Assembly: GCF_009914755.1 (NCBI RefSeq)
Contig: NC_060926.1
Length of the DNA stretch: 64,000 bases
DNA from: the human T2T-CHM13v2.0 reference genome, Homo sapiens
Strand: one strand, 5' to 3'
The translations under genes were made by a program, and so were the position numbers. How positions within the stretch are numbered: the stretch's first letter is position 1; each line of letters begins with the position of its first letter. This document shows positions 58,721 through 64,000 of the stretch, in pieces. Below the pieces are notes generated by a model. That model made no database searches. It had not been told where the DNA came from and saw only the letters and a list, made by a program, of their open reading frames with translations.

Positions 58721-59039
58721 CACCATGAAGATAGAAAAAAGGGATAAGATTAAAAATAGAAGTGAGCAGAAAATAGTAAGAAATCCAAATAAATAATTTA
58801 TCAAGAATCTAAGAAAAACTATTGCTTAAAAGTGTAGGGATAAGAACACTTTCTTCAAAAAATAACTGGTAAAAGAAATAGAAAAGACAAAAAGTGAGAA
58901 CCTGTAGATTAATACCAACTTAAGAGATAGATCAACAAATTGAAAAGTATGCCCTTTTTGGATTTGACTCTAAAAAATCTTAAACATTTAAGAGATAATT
59001 AGAGAATTTTGAAGTTATGTTTATAAAATGAGAGATACA

Positions 59040-59326
59040 GCCAGGCACGGTGGCTTACACCTGTAATTCCAGCACTTTGGGAGGCTGAGACAGGCAGCTC
59101 ATGAGGTTAGGTGTTCGAGACCATCCCAGTCAACATAGTGAAACCCCATCTCTACTAAAAATACAAAAAAATTATCCAGGTGTGGTGTCAGGCACTTGTA
59201 ATCCCAACTACTCGGGAGTCTGAGGCAGGAGAATCACTTGAACCTGGGAGGCAAAGGTTCAGTGAGCCAGCCAGGATCGTGCCACTGCATTCCACCCCGA
59301 GCCACAGTGTGAGACTCCATCTCAAA

Positions 59327-59359
<33 letters not shown>

Positions 59360-59368
59360 GAAAGAAAA
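59040..59368 (+). mobile_element. AluS inside an L1ME/MC 3' end
   Basis: Dimer with an A/(AAAAG)n tail; degenerate TSD agagat(a/g)c. Confidence 0.95.
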
Positions 59369-59529
59369 GAGATGCATTGGAAAATATTTTCTGGTAAAAT
59401 TATATAATGTCTGCAATTTACTTTAAAATAATTCAATGGAAGAAGATAGCATGTGAGGATATAAATTAAATAAGATTGATCATGAATTGGTAATTGTTGA
59501 AGGTTGGTAGTAGGGACATAAATATTTAT

Positions 59530-62160
59530 TGAGACAGCCAAGTGGGAGTGGTTCCCTGGAGAAACTCCAAACATAGCCCCCCAATGAAGTGGAGTCTTGG
59601 GAAGTTCATGATGTTTGCAGCAGGAAGGAGCCTGGCACCTCCTCTTCATGTGTGGAAACTGAGATTCAGGCTGCAGGTGGGAAGTGCTCTAGCAGGGGAA
59701 TCTGGCCTTGCAAGAGTATCTGTTTCTCCATTTTCTTCCTTTTCACCCAATAAAACCCTGCTTAACTCACCCTTTAAACCATCAGTAAGCCTAAATTTTG
59801 TGGCCATGGGACGGACAAAAACCCCATCTTCAGCTGAACTAAGGAAAAGTCCTGCAACATTTTTGGCGCCCAACATGGGGCTGGAAAAACAGTGAGTAAA
59901 ATGGGTACTCAAAACCTCTCACTGCTGCTCCTAAGCATTTTTATTCTCACACTTCTGAGTGTGAGGGAAACATGCCCCTAAACCCCGGGGCTCCTGGGGG
60001 TCTGGGAAAAAGCCCTTTCCTTCCTATTTCAGGAAGGACAGGTGAGTGGGGGCTCCTTGTTCCCCCTCCCCTCTGTGTGGGGGCTAGGAGCATGCCCCAA
60101 GGGTCCTGGTTTCCAGCTACGCACTGCCACAACAGCCTTCCCCTTCCCCACCCAAGGGGTTCAGCCTCATCAGACAGTAAACTTTTCTCCCTGGTGGAGG
60201 AATCACTTGCATAAGAATAACAAGAGGTTCTTCCCTAGGAATTTTTAAATCTTTTTTCTTTCCTCTTCTCCACCCCATCAACAGTTAAGTTTCAGCAAGT
60301 TTATTTCTTTCTAGAAGACGTTTTATTTGGCTAGGAATAGTAAGAATTCCTGTTTATATTCTCTGTAAAGATTTAATTGTGGAAAAGGATTTGTGGGACT
60401 AGTCTTGGGCTGTGGCCAATCTGGTGTGCTTGGCATGTCTGTATGGTTTGTGCTGCAAGCCTCTATCTTGTTTTACTTCCTGAGGGCATGGCCTTCAACT
60501 GCTTGACAATGCTTTGTTTAGTAATCCTGCCTTATGGGATGAGCTCTCTCTCTGGTTCAATATCTGCATGTTTTCCCAGCCCTGTCTCTTAAAGAGCCCC
60601 ACCCAGCAACTGGGATTTTTTCTGCCTGTATGTGTGTGTACTGTGTTTGATGTCTTTAAAAAGAACTCTAATTAATTTGGTCTAAAGAAAAACAAGCACT
60701 TGGATCAAATGTTTTTTAAAGGGAATATAAAAGCTGTAGTACCTTTCAGTTCATGTGAATTTAATCTTTGAGAAATAAAAACAGCCATAAAGATTATTGG
60801 TAAAATGCAGGTTAGATGCAAGGTTTGCTAAGTGTTTTAAGGTTACAAACTGCTTTTTGGGTTTTGAGAACTATTTGACTTGCTGGCTTCACAACTGGTA
60901 AGGATTGGGAACATATAAAACTAACCAGGCCCTTACCTAAGAAGGCAAACCTTGATGGCAGTTAGCACACAATTAAAGCAACTTACCAAGTTTTACCTTA
61001 AAGTTAAAAATTGTTAGGAGTTTCTAGTATAATACGTAATTGAAACTACCAAAAATAGATTTGCATGCAAGGGGTATAAGAACAGTAAAATGTGTTTTCA
61101 TGCAAAAGGTTATAAGAATGCATAGAAATGTAAACTTTTGCCTAGGGTTAAAGAATTCTTTTGAGTTAAATAAGGAAAGCTGAAGGTTCAAACAAGTGGA
61201 GGAAAAGTTGTGGAAATTAATATTGCAGAAGAGGTTCTCTGTATGAGCATATTAACTACAATCAAAATGATTACAAAGGGTTTTTGCTTCTTTAAAATTT
61301 CTGAGTCATCATTTTGGGAAAATAAATAGTTTATGGTAATCTGGGACTCTGTTTCATAATATCAAGTGCTTTAAACATATTTAAAAGGCTCCCCAAAATC
61401 AAACTTAAGTTTCAAAATTGTCTTTCCTGACAACTGGCTTTTCAGGTGTTTCAGAAGGCCCCTGAAACATCCAGAAAATAAGAGGTAAAGAGGATTATCT
61501 GACACATTTAGGTACATGGGATTACCAAAATAATGCTCAATTTTCTTTAGGTTTATCTTGGTGAATAATGCTAATATGTGTTCCAAAATTTTATGGGATT
61601 TCTGAAATTCTAATGTCTGATTATATGCTATCAATTATAATTAAGGTCTTTATGTTGTTATTGTAAACCACAGAGATAACCAAACTTCTTTGTCAATCAT
61701 GTTTCTAAGTGTATCTACCCTGGACATTTTGTTATTCACAGATAATTGTTGGCTCTTTTTAATCCTTTTCAAAAGATGGTTTATAATAAGTTATAGAACT
61801 GTAACAAGTGCTCTCAAATACAAGCTTCTGATAACTTTAGAGATTGTAACATTGAAATAAAAAAAGTATAGGACTCATGAAGAGCTGAAATGTTCATGAA
61901 TATCAAGCAAAATAAGAATTAACTAAATGGACTGAACTCAGGAAACTGAAGAAAACCTTTTTAACCTTTGCTTGGAATGAAATATTGCTGATCCATGTTT
62001 TGTTTCTCAGAGTCAAGGAAACACATTTGAACTATTTATGGCCTTTAATAATGAAGCAAGGTATACACCTGTAATCAAAATTTGGAACATGTTTGTTTCT
62101 CTCTGCCAGGTTCTTAAAGAATTTGGAAACTATCTGTGAGTATTCTTATGGCAATATAGT
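59530..62160 (+). mobile_element. ERV1 provirus remnant: 5' LTR (59530-59859, MER61-like) + PBS + ~2.3 kb internal, no 3' LTR
   Basis: TG..CA LTR with aataaa at 59749; MER4-group-like AT-rich internal sequence. Confidence 0.8.
59864..59881 (+). other. Retroviral primer-binding site, tRNA-Lys(CUU)
   Basis: TGGCGCCCAACATGGGGC differs from the canonical TGGCGCCCAACGTGGGGC by one CpG transition and lies 4 nt after the LTR. Confidence 0.9.
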
Positions 62161-63159
62161 TATTTTTGTACATGTTAGAAATTTTCCATAATAAGATCAA
62201 AAATACAAAAGGGATGTTGATGAACATTTAACTGAAATGTACTGTTTTGTCATTTTTATAGCAGATAAGGGAACAGATATGGCTGCATTAAAGTTTATAA
62301 GGTGTGAGTGGTAAATTAAAAAAAAGAAAGCAGAGCACAAGACATACATTCACCATGTGAATGAGGTAGTAAGTACAGTCACTAAAGACTGGAACAAAAG
62401 AGATCTTAACATGTTGACTTTTGAAATGTAGACTGAATTGTTAATGAATTAAGTGACAAGCAATAGAAACTGGATCTTATGTGAACCAGAAAAATGCTAT
62501 TCCCTACCCAATTGAAGGGAAAAAAAATGGTAAACAGAGGAGCACTTCGATTTTTTTTTACTCATCTACTTTCCAAAGTTTAGGGATTCTGGAATAAGAG
62601 GAATCTCCCTGACCACCCGCCAACCATTTTTAGGTTGCAGTTAGGAATGGTAACTATTATATGCATGTCACATTAATAGATATAGGGACAAGAAGAAAGA
62701 TGCTGGCATGGTAGACTCAGATTTAAAAGGCTTTGGTGCCAAGAGAGTAATTATATACTCATCTACTCTTTCATTCCTGAATATAGAGCCTGGAACCTGA
62801 GGAAGAGAACAAAAATGGAAAGCTTTAAATAGACTGTGCCTAATTTTTACGTCTCAAATTGATTCATTAATCACTGGATTGAACTAAATTTAACTTAAAG
62901 CAATTAAGTTATCTGCCATTAAGCAGACTGGGTGGGTCAGAAATTAGAAGCCAGTTCTAAAAATAAAGAATAGCCCATTTTCCAAATCTGAATTAGTGAT
63001 TGACAAGTTTACCTCCTTGAGACAACTGTAGGAACAGCTTTTGAATAGAAAGTAAGAAACAGGATGATATCTGTAAAGTAGGTTTGAGCTAGGGGTTGGA
63101 TCAAGACAAATATTTTGCTTAAATCAGCAAAGAATTTATCATGTTTAAGAATAGCTGGA

Positions 63160-63452
<293 letters not shown>

Positions 63453-64000
63453 TGTAGCTGGAAAAGATCAAGTTGACAAGAGATCTTAAATATTCTGGAG
63501 AAATAAGGGATATTAGTTAATGTAAGGTCTGAGAAGCTATGAAAAAAATTACAGGAAACAGACATGAAGTTATTGCCCTTACAGGAGATGGAAGGGTGGG
63601 TTAAATCTAAGCCGTTTTGCAGAGTTGGTGGCCACGTTTGAGAGATTTCACATCTAGGGAAAATATTTGATTTGTGGTGTCCAGGAAATACAGAAGTCAT
63701 CAAAGTCTATCTTAGGATACTTTAAATATCTTAGTAAAATATCTTAGATATTTTACTAATCTATCCTCTGAGAATATTTGCTGTTAATTCTCATTAGAAT
63801 AACTTGAAGTCTAAAACAAGGGTTAAGGTATTATGTGTTACTAAAACATTTAAAAATGCATACTGACATCACAGTTTAGAGCAGTCACAATTAATATTTG
63901 TGTTTTTTCTATGTGTTTTTAATAGTACAAATAACTATCTTTATCAAAGGATAGCAAACTAGGTGGAGTGGGGCTAAATAAGATAAGGCCACTGATTGTT

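Overview
AT-rich, CpG-poor primate (human-like) genomic DNA that looks like a gene desert or deep intron. I see no host exon, CpG island or RNA gene. Much of the window is layered transposable-element debris: L1 of several ages, Alu/FLAM/FAM, MIR/L2, MaLR, ERVL, ERV1 and ERVK LTRs, Tigger1 and small hAT elements. All ORFs in the track are L1 ORF2 remnants or chance ORFs in repeats. The most unusual structure is a young 5'-inverted L1 (20924-24157) whose two halves overlap by about 900 bp, forming a ~96%-identical long inverted repeat. Its arms share three apparently non-consensus substitutions yet differ at sites I recall as subfamily-diagnostic. Also notable: a second, older 5'-inverted L1 carrying a full MaLR provirus with nested LTRs, a 104-bp L1 insertion with a perfect TSD, a CpG-rich palindromic expansion, an LTR12 solo LTR with a CCAAT array, and several short perfect hairpins. 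Family names come from recalled consensus sequences and need RepeatMasker/Dfam confirmation. I found no convincing new protein-coding system.
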